Origin: Vicinamibacterales bacterium
GTDB taxonomy: Bacteria; Acidobacteriota; Vicinamibacteria; Vicinamibacterales; UBA2999
Direction: 5' to 3'
DNA: 64,000 nt
Assembly (NCBI GenBank): GCA_050742535.1
Contig: JBOGIQ010000001.1
Span: 50-64,049 of the forward strand
In this document: positions 18,110 through 26,799 of the stretch, one piece after another
Position numbering within the stretch: position 1 is the stretch's first letter
Layout of the letters: each line of letters opens with the position of its first letter
Program-made: the position numbers and the translations under genes
The notes under the pieces: model-generated
What the model was told of the DNA's origin: nothing
What the model saw: the letters and a program-made list of their open reading frames with translations, nothing else
Database searches by the model: none

Positions 18110-18790
18110 ATGGTTCTGCTCATCGATAACTACGACTCGTTCGTGCACAACCTCGCCCGCTACGTGCGCGAGCTGGGTTGGGAAGCCGTGGTTCATCGTA
18201 ACGACGAGATGACCGTCGAAGACGTGGAGCGGCTCGCGCCGTCGCACATCATCATCTCGCCGGGGCCGTGCACGCCGACCGAGGCCGGGATTTCGACCGA
18301 CGTTGTCCGCCGTCTCGGCCCGACCACTCCCATTCTTGGCGTCTGCCTGGGCCATCAGTGCATCGGCGCCGCGTACGGCGGCCCGATCGTCAGGGCCGGC
18401 CGTCCGGTCCACGGCAAGACCTCGGCCCTGGTGCACGATGGGACGAGCCTCTTCACCGGCCTGCCGTCGCCGATTCGCGTTGCCCGGTATCACTCGCTGG
18501 TCATCGCCAGACCCGACGTGCCGCCGGAACTGCGCGTGCTGGCGACGGCCCGCGACGATCAGGAAGTGATGGCGGTGGAGCATCGCGAGCATCCGGTGAT
18601 CGGCGTCCAGTTCCATCCGGAATCCGCGGCGACCGAATACGGCTATGCGATGCTCGATCGGTTTCTCCGCGGCGATCGGGCGCGGCTTGCGGATGTCGCC
18701 GCACGGGCCGACGGGGCGCCGGGCACGCCGCCTCCCGTCGAGGACGAACCGCGGACGTTCGTCCCTCCTCCGGTGGAGCATGTGCGGTGA
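18110..18790 (+). CDS. pabA: Aminodeoxychorismate/anthranilate synthase component II (glutamine amidotransferase)
   Basis: MVLLIDNYDSFVHNLARY, PILGVCLGHQ and VQFHPES motifs. Confidence 0.8.
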   Translation: MVLLIDNYDSFVHNLARYVRELGWEAVVHRNDEMTVEDVERLAPSHIIISPGPCTPTEAGISTDVVRRLGPTTPILGVCLGHQCIGAAYGGPIVRAGRPVHGKTSALVHDGTSLFTGLPSPIRVARYHSLVIARPDVPPELRVLATARDDQEVMAVEHREHPVIGVQFHPESAATEYGYAMLDRFLRGDRARLADVAARADGAPGTPPPVEDEPRTFVPPPVEHVR

Positions 18791-19653
18791 CCGACACGCA
18801 CACCATCGTGTGGGTCGATGGAAAGCGGTTTCCGTCGGACGGCGCGCATATCTCGGCGCGCGATCGCGGGTTTACGCTCGCCGACGGTGTCTTCGAGACG
18901 ATGAAGGCGCGGAACGGGAAGGTCTTTCATCTCGACCGTCATCTGACGCGCATCGATAGCGCGCTCCGGACCTTGGACATCCCCCCGCCGGCCGAACTGC
19001 GGGAGTGGGTGGACGCGGCGATTCACGCGGCGCACCTCCCCGAAGCCAGCATTCGCCTCACGGTGAGCCGGGGAGTCGCCCCCGGAGGCGTCGGCGCGCC
19101 GCCTGACCCCGTACCGACGGTCGTCGTGACGGTCGCGCCTCCTCCGGTGTTCGGCGCGGCAGTCTACGAGACCGGGCTGACGGCTCACGTGGCGTCGGGC
19201 CGGCGGAACGAGCATGCGATCACGGCTGGACTGAAGACGCTGGCCTACACCGATGCGATCCTGGCGCTGATTGAGGCCCGCCGGGCCGGCGCCGACGAGG
19301 TGCTGTTTCTCGACACCGCCGGGCATTGCTCGGAAGCGTCGGCCAGCAACCTCTTCGCGGTGATTGGCGGCAGGCTGGCAACGCCGCCCACGTCGTGCGC
19401 GGCGCTTCCCGGCATCACGCGCCGCGCGGTGATCGAACTGGCGGCGGAACATGGGCTGTCCGTGGACGAACGGCCGTTCGGCCTCGACGAGTTGAACGCC
19501 GCGAACGAGGCATTCCTGACCAGTTCGCTGCGCGGCATTGCGCCACTCGTGCGGGTCGGCGGTCACCCGATTGGAACAGGAACGCCAGGCGCGGTCACTC
19601 GAACGGTGATGGCGGCATATGCCGCGCTCGTCACAGCGGAGTGCGGCGAGTGA
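18787..19653 (+). CDS. pabC: Class IV aminotransferase-fold protein, probable aminodeoxychorismate lyase
   Basis: The GTG overlaps the pabA stop (GTGA). DRGFTLADGVFETM, ...EASASNLF and GITR motifs are present, in a context directly after pabB and pabA. Confidence 0.7.
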   Translation: MTDTHTIVWVDGKRFPSDGAHISARDRGFTLADGVFETMKARNGKVFHLDRHLTRIDSALRTLDIPPPAELREWVDAAIHAAHLPEASIRLTVSRGVAPGGVGAPPDPVPTVVVTVAPPPVFGAAVYETGLTAHVASGRRNEHAITAGLKTLAYTDAILALIEARRAGADEVLFLDTAGHCSEASASNLFAVIGGRLATPPTSCAALPGITRRAVIELAAEHGLSVDERPFGLDELNAANEAFLTSSLRGIAPLVRVGGHPIGTGTPGAVTRTVMAAYAALVTAECGE

Positions 19654-20225
19654 TCATCGAAACGATCGTCACCACCATTTCGGCGGATGGCGAGGTGAAC
19701 TGCGCCCCGATGGGCGTCGAATGGAATCCTGACGTTGAACCGGAGACGATTGTTCTGAAGCCGTTCCTGGAGACGGCCACGTATCGAAATGTCCTCGCCA
19801 CCCGTACCGCCGTCGTCAATCTCATCGATGATGTGCGGGTGTTTGCAAAGGCGGCGATCAGCAATCCGGCCTACGAGACGGTGCCCGCGCAGGTCGTTCG
19901 CGGCGTCGCGCTGGCCGACGCCTGTTCGTGGCGCGAGCTCGAGGTAACCGGAATCGACAGCACCCCTCCGCGATCGCGAATCGACACCCGGACCGTGCAT
20001 CGCCAGGTCAGGCGGGAGTTCATCGGCTTCAATCGCGCCCGCCACGCCGTGCTCGAGACGGCAATCTACGCGACGCGTGTCCACCTCCTGGGGCGCGAGT
20101 ATCTTCTCAGCGAGGTCGAGCGGCTGCAGGTCATCGTCGACAAGACGGCCGGTCCGCGTGAATTCGAGGCGATGGCGCTGCTGGTTGAGTACATTCGCAG
20201 CGCACCCGCGGTGGTGAAATCGTGA
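19650..20225 (+). CDS. DUF447-family protein (H4MPT-cluster associated)
   Basis: The GTG overlaps the pabC stop. VIIETIVTTISADGEVNCAPMGV...AVVNLIDDVRVFA resembles DUF447 from memory. Confidence 0.6.
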   Translation: MIIETIVTTISADGEVNCAPMGVEWNPDVEPETIVLKPFLETATYRNVLATRTAVVNLIDDVRVFAKAAISNPAYETVPAQVVRGVALADACSWRELEVTGIDSTPPRSRIDTRTVHRQVRREFIGFNRARHAVLETAIYATRVHLLGREYLLSEVERLQVIVDKTAGPREFEAMALLVEYIRSAPAVVKS

Positions 20226-20289
20226 CCCCTCTCATTACCCACGTAGTGTCCGCCTTCAGGCGGACCCCCGCGGTGGTGAAATCGTGACC
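20205..20289. mobile_element. Family A hairpin insertion (20228-20266) flanked by a perfect 23-bp direct duplication
   Basis: CCCGCGGTGGTGAAATCGTGACC occurs at 20205-20227 and again at 20267-20289. The 39 bp between them contain CGTAGT GTCCGCC TTCA GGCGGAC. Confidence 0.85.
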
Positions 20290-21273
20290 ACCACCGGACT
20301 CGAAGTCTTCGTTGAGGCGCCCGCCCGGCTGCACTTCGGCGTGCTCGATCTCCGCGGCGAACTGGGGCGGTGGTTCGGCGGCATCGGCGCGGCCGCTCCG
20401 GAGGCGACGCTGCTCGTGTCTGCGTCCAGGGCCCTGACCGTGACCGCGCATGGGCAGGACGCGCAGCGGGCCTCGGCGTTCGCGAAGCGGTTTCTCGATC
20501 ACCATCACATTCGCGAAGGCGCTCGCGTGTGCGTACACCGTTCGCTGCCGCGGCACGCCGGTCTCGGCTCCGGAACGCAGCTGGCGCTTTCCGTCGCGCG
20601 GGCGCTGGCCGAGCTGTACGGACTCGATACCGATCCGCCGACGCTGGCGCAGGCTGTCGGCCGCGCGCGCCGGTCCGCAATCGGCACGTGGATCTTTTCC
20701 GGCGGCGGTCTGGTGGTCGAAGGCGGCCGGCACACGGGATTCGACAATTGCGGGCCGTTGATTGCCCGTGTTCCGTTCCCGTCCGAATGGCGATGTGTCG
20801 TCGCGGTTCCGGGCGGCAAGGGACTCAGCGGTGTTCGCGAAGAAGAGGCCTTCTACCGGCTGCCGATGCCACGGCAGGAAGAGGTGGAGCGCGTGGCGCA
20901 TCTCGTCCTGCTGCTGCTGTTGCCGTCGGTCGTCGAAGGCGACCTCTCGAACTTCGGCCGGGCCCTCTCGCAGATCCAGGAGATTACCGGCCGCTGGTTC
21001 GCGGCCGTCCAGGGCAGCACGTTCGCCAAGGGCGTCAGCGAGGAGCTGGTGCACCGGATGCGCGAATGGCGCGCCCTGGGCGTCGGCCAGAGCTCCTGGG
21101 GTCCCGCTGTCTACGGCATCGTCGGCCGCGATGACGATGCAAAGAGGCTGGCGGACCGGGCACGGGACTTTATCGGGTCCGAGGGCGTCGTCTACGCAGG
21201 TCCGTTCCGCAGCGAAGGCGCTCGCGTGTGGACCACGACCGCCCAGCTGCCAACGCCCAACCAGACGATATGA
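20284..21273 (+). CDS. mptG: Beta-ribofuranosylaminobenzene 5'-phosphate synthase (GHMP-kinase fold)
   Basis: The translation starts VFVEAPARLHFGVLDL and contains SLPRHAGLGSGTQLALSVA. These match RFAP synthase from memory. Confidence 0.75.
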   Translation: MTTTGLEVFVEAPARLHFGVLDLRGELGRWFGGIGAAAPEATLLVSASRALTVTAHGQDAQRASAFAKRFLDHHHIREGARVCVHRSLPRHAGLGSGTQLALSVARALAELYGLDTDPPTLAQAVGRARRSAIGTWIFSGGGLVVEGGRHTGFDNCGPLIARVPFPSEWRCVVAVPGGKGLSGVREEEAFYRLPMPRQEEVERVAHLVLLLLLPSVVEGDLSNFGRALSQIQEITGRWFAAVQGSTFAKGVSEELVHRMREWRALGVGQSSWGPAVYGIVGRDDDAKRLADRARDFIGSEGVVYAGPFRSEGARVWTTTAQLPTPNQTI

Positions 21274-21284
21274 TCGCGGGCCTT

Positions 21285-21776
21285 TCAGGAGAATCGCGGC
21301 TGTAACAGATCGGCGACGACGTCCAGGCGCCGCCCGATTGCCATATAGCCGTCAGCCATCTTGTTGACGTTCTCTTGCGTGGCTTCGAGTTCGACTTTGG
21401 TTGCCATGCGTTCGCTGATGTCCGTCAACGTGCGTTCGACGCGCTCGAACCGTTGCTCGATGCGATCGAGCCGTTGGTCCACGCGATCCAGCCGTTGCTC
21501 CACGCGATCGAGTCGTTGCTCCACACGGTCGAGCCGTTGTTCTTCCCCGGAATCTCCATAGCGGTCCGTTGTTTCCCGGACGATGGAGTCCGTCGTCTCC
21601 CGCCCCCGCTCCTCATCTCCGCCGCGACGGCAGCCACGGATCGCGTCGGACCGCGCGATCGACGCCTGGATTTCCTCTCCATGTTGTCTTGCCGCCTCTT
21701 TCAGGTCATCGAGAGCGCGCACCAGTTCTCTATTGAACTCGGAATCCGTAATGGCCTTTGGCTGGATGTCCGACAT
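21285..21776 (-). CDS. Hypothetical coiled-coil protein with 7-residue tandem repeats
   Basis: The translation from the ATG at 21776 begins MSDIQPK... The 21-bp DNA repeat at about 21440-21545 encodes EQRLDRV EQRLDRV EQRLDRV DQRLDRI EQRFERV. The start is uncertain. Confidence 0.5.
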   Translation of the reverse strand: MSDIQPKAITDSEFNRELVRALDDLKEAARQHGEEIQASIARSDAIRGCRRGGDEERGRETTDSIVRETTDRYGDSGEEQRLDRVEQRLDRVEQRLDRVDQRLDRIEQRFERVERTLTDISERMATKVELEATQENVNKMADGYMAIGRRLDVVADLLQPRFS

Positions 21777-21866
21777 GACGACGACGATGCCATCGTCGAC
21801 CACCCGAATCAAGATGCATGTCGGATGCTGCAAACAACTCGCACAGTCTGTTAGCATCCGCGGCGC

Positions 21867-23207
21867 ATGGTCCCCAACCGCTGGCGCATTCCGATTGGCG
21901 CGGTGCTGGTGCACATCTGCATCGGCTCCGTTTACGCGTGGAGTACGTTCAACCGGCCCATTCAGGCGCTCTTTCCCGACAGCCCGTGGTGGTTCAGCCC
22001 GCCCTACACGACGTTTACGACCGCACTCGCGCTGCTCGGGCTGAGCGCCGCCTTCGGCGGACCCTGGGTGGAGCGCCGTGGTCCGCGCGTTGCCGCAACC
22101 TGGGCGGCGATTTTCTTCGGCGTGGGTCTACAGGTCGGCGGGGTGGGCCTCGCGCTTGGCAAGCCCTTCCTGGTGTTTTTGGGCATGGGTCTGACCGGCG
22201 GCGTCGGCTGCGGGCTCGGATACATCTCTCCGGTAAGCACGCTGGTGAAATGGTTTCCCGATCGCCGCGGGATGGCGACTGGCATGGCCATCATGGGGTT
22301 CGGCGGCGGTGCGTTCGTTGCCGGCTACCTCAACGTCTATTTGATGGACGTGTTTGGCGTCGCGCGCACCGTCATGATGCTCGGCGCGATCTACTTCGTG
22401 GTCATGGTCATCGGCTCGCGGCTGATGGAGCTGCCGCCGCCGGGATGGACGCCTGCCGGCTGGAGCCCGCCGGTGAAGGCGAACGCGATGATCGCGGATC
22501 GCAGCGTCACACGCAACGAAGCCATCGGCACCGTGCAGTTCTATCTGTTGTGGGGAATCCTCTTCATCAACGTCACGGCCGGAATCGGAATCCTCGCGCA
22601 GGCGTCGCCGATGATGCAGGACATGTTTGGCCGGACGCCGATCCAGGCTGCCGCCGTCGTCTCGCTCATCAGTCTCTTCAACGCCGGCGGGCGGTTCATG
22701 TGGGCCTCCGGCTCCGATTACATCGGGCGGCGAAACACCTACGTCATCTTCTTCGCGGTGCAGCTGATCCTGTTCCTGCTGATACCTGGCTTTGCCGCGC
22801 GCGGGCAGTGGCTGCCTTTTCAGACCAGCCTCTTCGTCATCTTCACCATGTACGGCGGCGGATTCGCCACGATCCCCGCGTTTCTGGCCGATATCTTCGG
22901 TCCGCAGAACGTCGGGGCGATCCATGGCGCGCTGCTCACGGCGTGGAGTGCCGCGGCGATCGCCGGTCCGGTCATCATCACGGAGCTCTCGAACCGCGCG
23001 AAGGCGGCGCTGCCTCCCGGAGCGAACCGCGTGAACATCTACGACACGCCGCTGCAGGTGCTGGCGGCGTTGCTTGCGGTCGGGTTTGTGATCACGTTGC
23101 TGGTGCGGCCGCTCGCGCGGCAGCAGTATGAACCCCAGCCCGTGCGCGTGCGAACCGGTCCGAAAAGCCGCTCGGGCTCCGTCGCCGTCGTCGAACCTGA
23201 AGACTGA
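21867..23207 (+). CDS. MFS transporter, oxalate/formate antiporter (OFA) family
   Basis: 446 aa with about 12 predicted TM segments. VHICIGSVYAWSTF, PDRRGMATG and GGRFMWASGSDYIGRR are OFA-family patterns. Confidence 0.8.
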   Translation: MVPNRWRIPIGAVLVHICIGSVYAWSTFNRPIQALFPDSPWWFSPPYTTFTTALALLGLSAAFGGPWVERRGPRVAATWAAIFFGVGLQVGGVGLALGKPFLVFLGMGLTGGVGCGLGYISPVSTLVKWFPDRRGMATGMAIMGFGGGAFVAGYLNVYLMDVFGVARTVMMLGAIYFVVMVIGSRLMELPPPGWTPAGWSPPVKANAMIADRSVTRNEAIGTVQFYLLWGILFINVTAGIGILAQASPMMQDMFGRTPIQAAAVVSLISLFNAGGRFMWASGSDYIGRRNTYVIFFAVQLILFLLIPGFAARGQWLPFQTSLFVIFTMYGGGFATIPAFLADIFGPQNVGAIHGALLTAWSAAAIAGPVIITELSNRAKAALPPGANRVNIYDTPLQVLAALLAVGFVITLLVRPLARQQYEPQPVRVRTGPKSRSGSVAVVEPED

Positions 23208-23234
23208 AGACTGAGGGCTGAAGACTGAAGGCTG
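23197..23234. repeat. Heptamer tandem repeat CTGAAGA (about 5 units), single arm
   Basis: CTGAAGACTGAAGACTGAGGGCTGAAGACTGAAGGCTG. It spans the MFS stop codon (23205-23207) and ends 6 nt before the next ATG. Confidence 0.85.
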
Positions 23235-23239
23235 CCACC

Positions 23240-24565
23240 ATGCGTACCGGCTTCTGCGTCGCGCTGATTGCGGTGACGTTCGGCTCGGTGCTGCCGGACG
23301 GACAGACCCGCCCGAATTCCAGCAATCGGATCGCCGAATTGCAGGAGTGGATGGCGCTTGTCTCGCAGCACACGCCGGGCCGCGTTGATGAGGCTGTCTC
23401 GAACGCGCGGTCATGGGGGCGCGAGTCGCTGCAGAACGTCCGCGACGATTTAGCCGCGCTCAGGCTGCTGATGTGCGAGCGCTGTTCCAAGCCCCAGCAG
23501 GCGGACAGATTTCGAACCGAGCCGGTGAAGATCGGCAGCCGGCACGCGTGGCGGACGGTGTACGCCTCGAGCCACGTCATGGAACTGACGGAGTTCGTCA
23601 AACGGATCGGCACGAGGTTCGACGTCAACGATCTCCTCAAGCGTGGCGCTCTTCTCCACACCGACGTCGCGCTGCGTGCGCCTCCGGTCCTGACCTTCGC
23701 GGCGAACGCCGATTACCTGCCGCTGCAGCGGACGATCGTGCAGCTTGCCGATGGCCAGCAGGCCGGTTTGGAGGCGACCGTCGATCACCTCGACATGGCG
23801 CGGCGTCTCCTCGACCTGGTGACGCCCGATCCGCGCGCCGATGTGCGCGAAACACCAGAACGGGATCAGATGGTCCGCGTGTGGTATCGCGCCACCATGT
23901 CGGCGCTGCTCGACTTGAGCCAGCTGGACGTGACACACACTGATACCGCCCTTCAGCTCCTGCCGGGTGAAACCACCGTGCTCTTTCTGGCCGGCGCCCA
24001 TCACGAAACGCTTGCCGCGCCGCGCTACCAGAGCGCGATCGCGACGCGAACGCTCGGCAACGTCTCAGTGATCGCGTCCGAACAGGAGGAGCTGCGGCGC
24101 GCCGAGGGGCTGTTCCGGCGCGCGGTGAACGCGGATCCGGAATACGTGGAAGCGCACCTGCGATTGGGCCAGGTGCTCGGCCGTCTCGGCCGCCACGACG
24201 AGGCTCTGACGGAGCTGCGAATGGCGGCGCAGGCAAGCGATCCGGTTATTACCTACTACGCGCACCTGCTGATCGGGCGCGAAGAGGACGCGCGGGGCAA
24301 CGTCCCGAACGCACGGTCGGCGTACGAGCGTGCGGCGGCGCTGGTGGCGCGAGCGCAGGCACCGCGCCTGGCCCTCAGTGAAATCGAGATGCGTTCCGGG
24401 AATCGAACGGCGGCCCGGCGATGGATGGACGAGGCGCTGGGTGCGTCGGGGTCGGCGCCGTCTGCTGACCCCTGGACGTTTTATGCGCAGTCCGCCGGCC
24501 GCTCGGCAGCCGCCCTCCTCGTGTCGGTCGGCCGGGCATTTCAGCCTGCCGGAGTACAACGATGA
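23240..24565 (+). CDS. Secreted TPR-repeat protein
   Basis: Signal-like N-terminus. The C-terminal third has TPR-like repeats (AEGLFRRAVNADPEYVEAHLRLGQVLGRLGRHDEAL...). Confidence 0.6.
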   Translation: MRTGFCVALIAVTFGSVLPDGQTRPNSSNRIAELQEWMALVSQHTPGRVDEAVSNARSWGRESLQNVRDDLAALRLLMCERCSKPQQADRFRTEPVKIGSRHAWRTVYASSHVMELTEFVKRIGTRFDVNDLLKRGALLHTDVALRAPPVLTFAANADYLPLQRTIVQLADGQQAGLEATVDHLDMARRLLDLVTPDPRADVRETPERDQMVRVWYRATMSALLDLSQLDVTHTDTALQLLPGETTVLFLAGAHHETLAAPRYQSAIATRTLGNVSVIASEQEELRRAEGLFRRAVNADPEYVEAHLRLGQVLGRLGRHDEALTELRMAAQASDPVITYYAHLLIGREEDARGNVPNARSAYERAAALVARAQAPRLALSEIEMRSGNRTAARRWMDEALGASGSAPSADPWTFYAQSAGRSAAALLVSVGRAFQPAGVQR

Positions 24566-25506
24566 TCGCTATTTGGTGCCTCGTGGGGCGAGCCTTGCAG
24601 GCTCGCCTCGCGAACCCGAAGGGTTCGCGCCACGGAATCGAAGTTCGCGCGATCCGTCTCGCCGCAACGTTTGCCATCGTTGTCGCCGCTTCCCCGACGG
24701 GAGTACGCGGTCAGGACTCGACGTTTGCCTCGAAGGCTGCCCCCGTGCGGGTTGACGTGCTCGTGACCGACAACGGCGTTGCCCTGACCGGTCTGACGGC
24801 GGCTGACTTCGAGGTGACCGACAACGGCGTCGTCCAGCAGATCGAGCTGATCGAATTCGACAAGCTGCCGTTGAACGTCATCCTGGCGCTCGACATGAGC
24901 GCCAGCACGGCGGGCGAACGGCTTCTGCACCTGCGGCTGGCCGCTCGCGCCGTGCTCGGGGGACTTGCTGCAACCGATCGCGGCGCGCTCCTCACATTCA
25001 GCGATGGCATCCAGCTGGCGCACGCGCTGTCGGCGGATGTCGCGGCGGTCCGCGCCGCGCTGGACCGGGTGTGGCCGTCCGGCGGAACGGCGCTCGTGGA
25101 TGGTGCGTACTCCGCACTCATGCTCGCCGGGCGCGACGCCGGCCGCGACCTGGTCGTTGTCTTCAGCGATGGTCTGGACACGAGCAGCATCCTGCCGCGG
25201 GAGCGGGTGCTGGAGTCGGCACGGCGCAGCGACGCGGTCGTCTACGGCGTCACCGCGGGAAACTCGGGAAAGGTCGGGTTCGTCAGCAGCCTCAGCCAGC
25301 AGACCGGCGGACAGTCGATGGAGGTCTCCTCGACGATGGATCTGCAGAAGACGTTCGTCGGAATCCTCGACGAGTTCCGGCGCCGCTACGTCCTGAGCTT
25401 CACGCCGCGCGGCGTTTCCGGCACCGGCTGGCACCGGCTGCAGGTCCGCGTCAAGGGACGCCGGGCGGTGATTACCGCGCGCCAGGGGTATACCGCCGGC
25501 GGATAA
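24562..25506 (+). CDS. VWA domain-containing protein (TIGR03436-like)
   Basis: VRVDVLVTDNGVALTGLTAADFEVTDNGVVQQIE is followed by a VWA core (ILALDMSAS, GGTALVDG). The ATGA overlaps the TPR gene. The N-terminal 25 residues are encoded by a family B element, so the true start is uncertain. Confidence 0.7.
   Translation: MIAIWCLVGRALQARLANPKGSRHGIEVRAIRLAATFAIVVAASPTGVRGQDSTFASKAAPVRVDVLVTDNGVALTGLTAADFEVTDNGVVQQIELIEFDKLPLNVILALDMSASTAGERLLHLRLAARAVLGGLAATDRGALLTFSDGIQLAHALSADVAAVRAALDRVWPSGGTALVDGAYSALMLAGRDAGRDLVVVFSDGLDTSSILPRERVLESARRSDAVVYGVTAGNSGKVGFVSSLSQQTGGQSMEVSSTMDLQKTFVGILDEFRRRYVLSFTPRGVSGTGWHRLQVRVKGRRAVITARQGYTAGG
24581..24635. repeat. Composite hairpin element, family B
   Basis: CGTGG GGCGAGCC-TTGCA-GGCTCGCC T CGCGAACCC-GAA-GGGTTCGCG CCACG. 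Confidence 0.85.
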
Positions 25507-25527
25507 CATATCGGGGATACGTCTCCG

Positions 25528-26799
25528 ATGAACCGCCCCACCAGTGAAACCTCGAATGACGTCCGCATGCGGGGGTTCGCGCGGCGCCACACGGTTGCGG
25601 CAGCGCTCGAGTGGCTCGACGCGCAGCTGCAGCCCTTCGACGTTGCTCAGGGCAGGCCTCTCGACGCCGAAACCATCCCGCTGGGTCTTGCGGCAGGCCG
25701 TGTGCTCGCCAGTTCGGTCGTCAGCGATGTCGACGTCCCGGGATTCGACCGCGCGACGATGGACGGCTATGCGGTGGACGCGGCGAGCACGGACGGTGCA
25801 GGCTCATACAATCGCCTGCCGCTGACAGTCATCGGCGACTCGATGCCGGGACGCCCGTTCGGCGGATTGCTTCGGCCCGGCGAGGCGGTGCGGGTGATGA
25901 CCGGCGCGCCGATTCCACGCGGGGCCGACGCCGTGGTGCCGGCAGAATTCGTCGAAATCGAAAGTCCAGCGCGCGTGCACGCGCTGGCGGCCGTTTCGCC
26001 AGGGAAGAACATCGGCCGAACCGGGGAAGACATCCCGCGTGGCACAACCATTCTCGAGGTTTGCCGTGTGCTGCGGCCGCAGGACATCGGCGTCCTCAGC
26101 TCCGTTGGCCACGCTCAGGTCAGCGTGCTGCGGCGGCCGCGCGTGCGGCTTGTCGTCACCGGCAACGAACTGCTGCCCGCCGGATCCCGTCCGCACGGCG
26201 TTCATATCGCCGATGCGAACGGGCCGATGCTGGCCGCGCTGGTCGAACGCGACGGCGGCGTGGTCGATTTTCCGGGCCTCGTCCGCGACGATCGGCAAGC
26301 CATCCTGGACGGCCTCACGGCCGACGCCGACATCGTGATCGTCTCCGGCGGATCGAGCGTCGGCGTCGAGGACCTCGCGCCGACGTTGGTCGCGGAGCAC
26401 GGCGACCTGGCCGTGCACGGCATCGCGATGCGGCCAAGCAGTCCGACCGGTCTTGGGACGGTCGGCCGCCGGCTGGTGTTCCTCCTTCCCGGCAACCCCG
26501 TCTCCAGCCTCTGTGCGTACGACTTTTTTGCCGGTCGCGCCGTTCGCGTCGTGGGCGGACGCGAGAAAGCCTGGCCCTACCGTGCCGTGCGAGCGGCGCT
26601 GAGCCGCAAGATCAGCTCGCCGATTGGGCGGCTCGATTATGCGCGCGTCAGGCTTGTCGAGGGCCGCGTCGATCCGATCGCCGTCGGCGGCGCGTCGGTG
26701 CTCTCGTCGACGACTCGCGCGGATGGCTTCGTGATCGTCGGCGACGACAGCGAGGGCTTCGCCGAAGGGACCGAGGTCGACGTCTGGCTGTATGCCTGA
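25528..26799 (+). CDS. moeA: Molybdopterin molybdenumtransferase
   Basis: VPGFDRATMDGYAV and VMTGAPIPRGADAVV are followed by a MoCF_biosynth domain and a C-terminal domain. Confidence 0.85.
   Translation: MNRPTSETSNDVRMRGFARRHTVAAALEWLDAQLQPFDVAQGRPLDAETIPLGLAAGRVLASSVVSDVDVPGFDRATMDGYAVDAASTDGAGSYNRLPLTVIGDSMPGRPFGGLLRPGEAVRVMTGAPIPRGADAVVPAEFVEIESPARVHALAAVSPGKNIGRTGEDIPRGTTILEVCRVLRPQDIGVLSSVGHAQVSVLRRPRVRLVVTGNELLPAGSRPHGVHIADANGPMLAALVERDGGVVDFPGLVRDDRQAILDGLTADADIVIVSGGSSVGVEDLAPTLVAEHGDLAVHGIAMRPSSPTGLGTVGRRLVFLLPGNPVSSLCAYDFFAGRAVRVVGGREKAWPYRAVRAALSRKISSPIGRLDYARVRLVEGRVDPIAVGGASVLSSTTRADGFVIVGDDSEGFAEGTEVDVWLYA
25633..25666. repeat. Short dispersed repeat, family F (CCCTTCGAC...GCTCAGGGCAGGCC)
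   Basis: It shares its core with 28760-28799. It lies in frame in MoeA (PFDVAQGRPLD). Confidence 0.6.
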
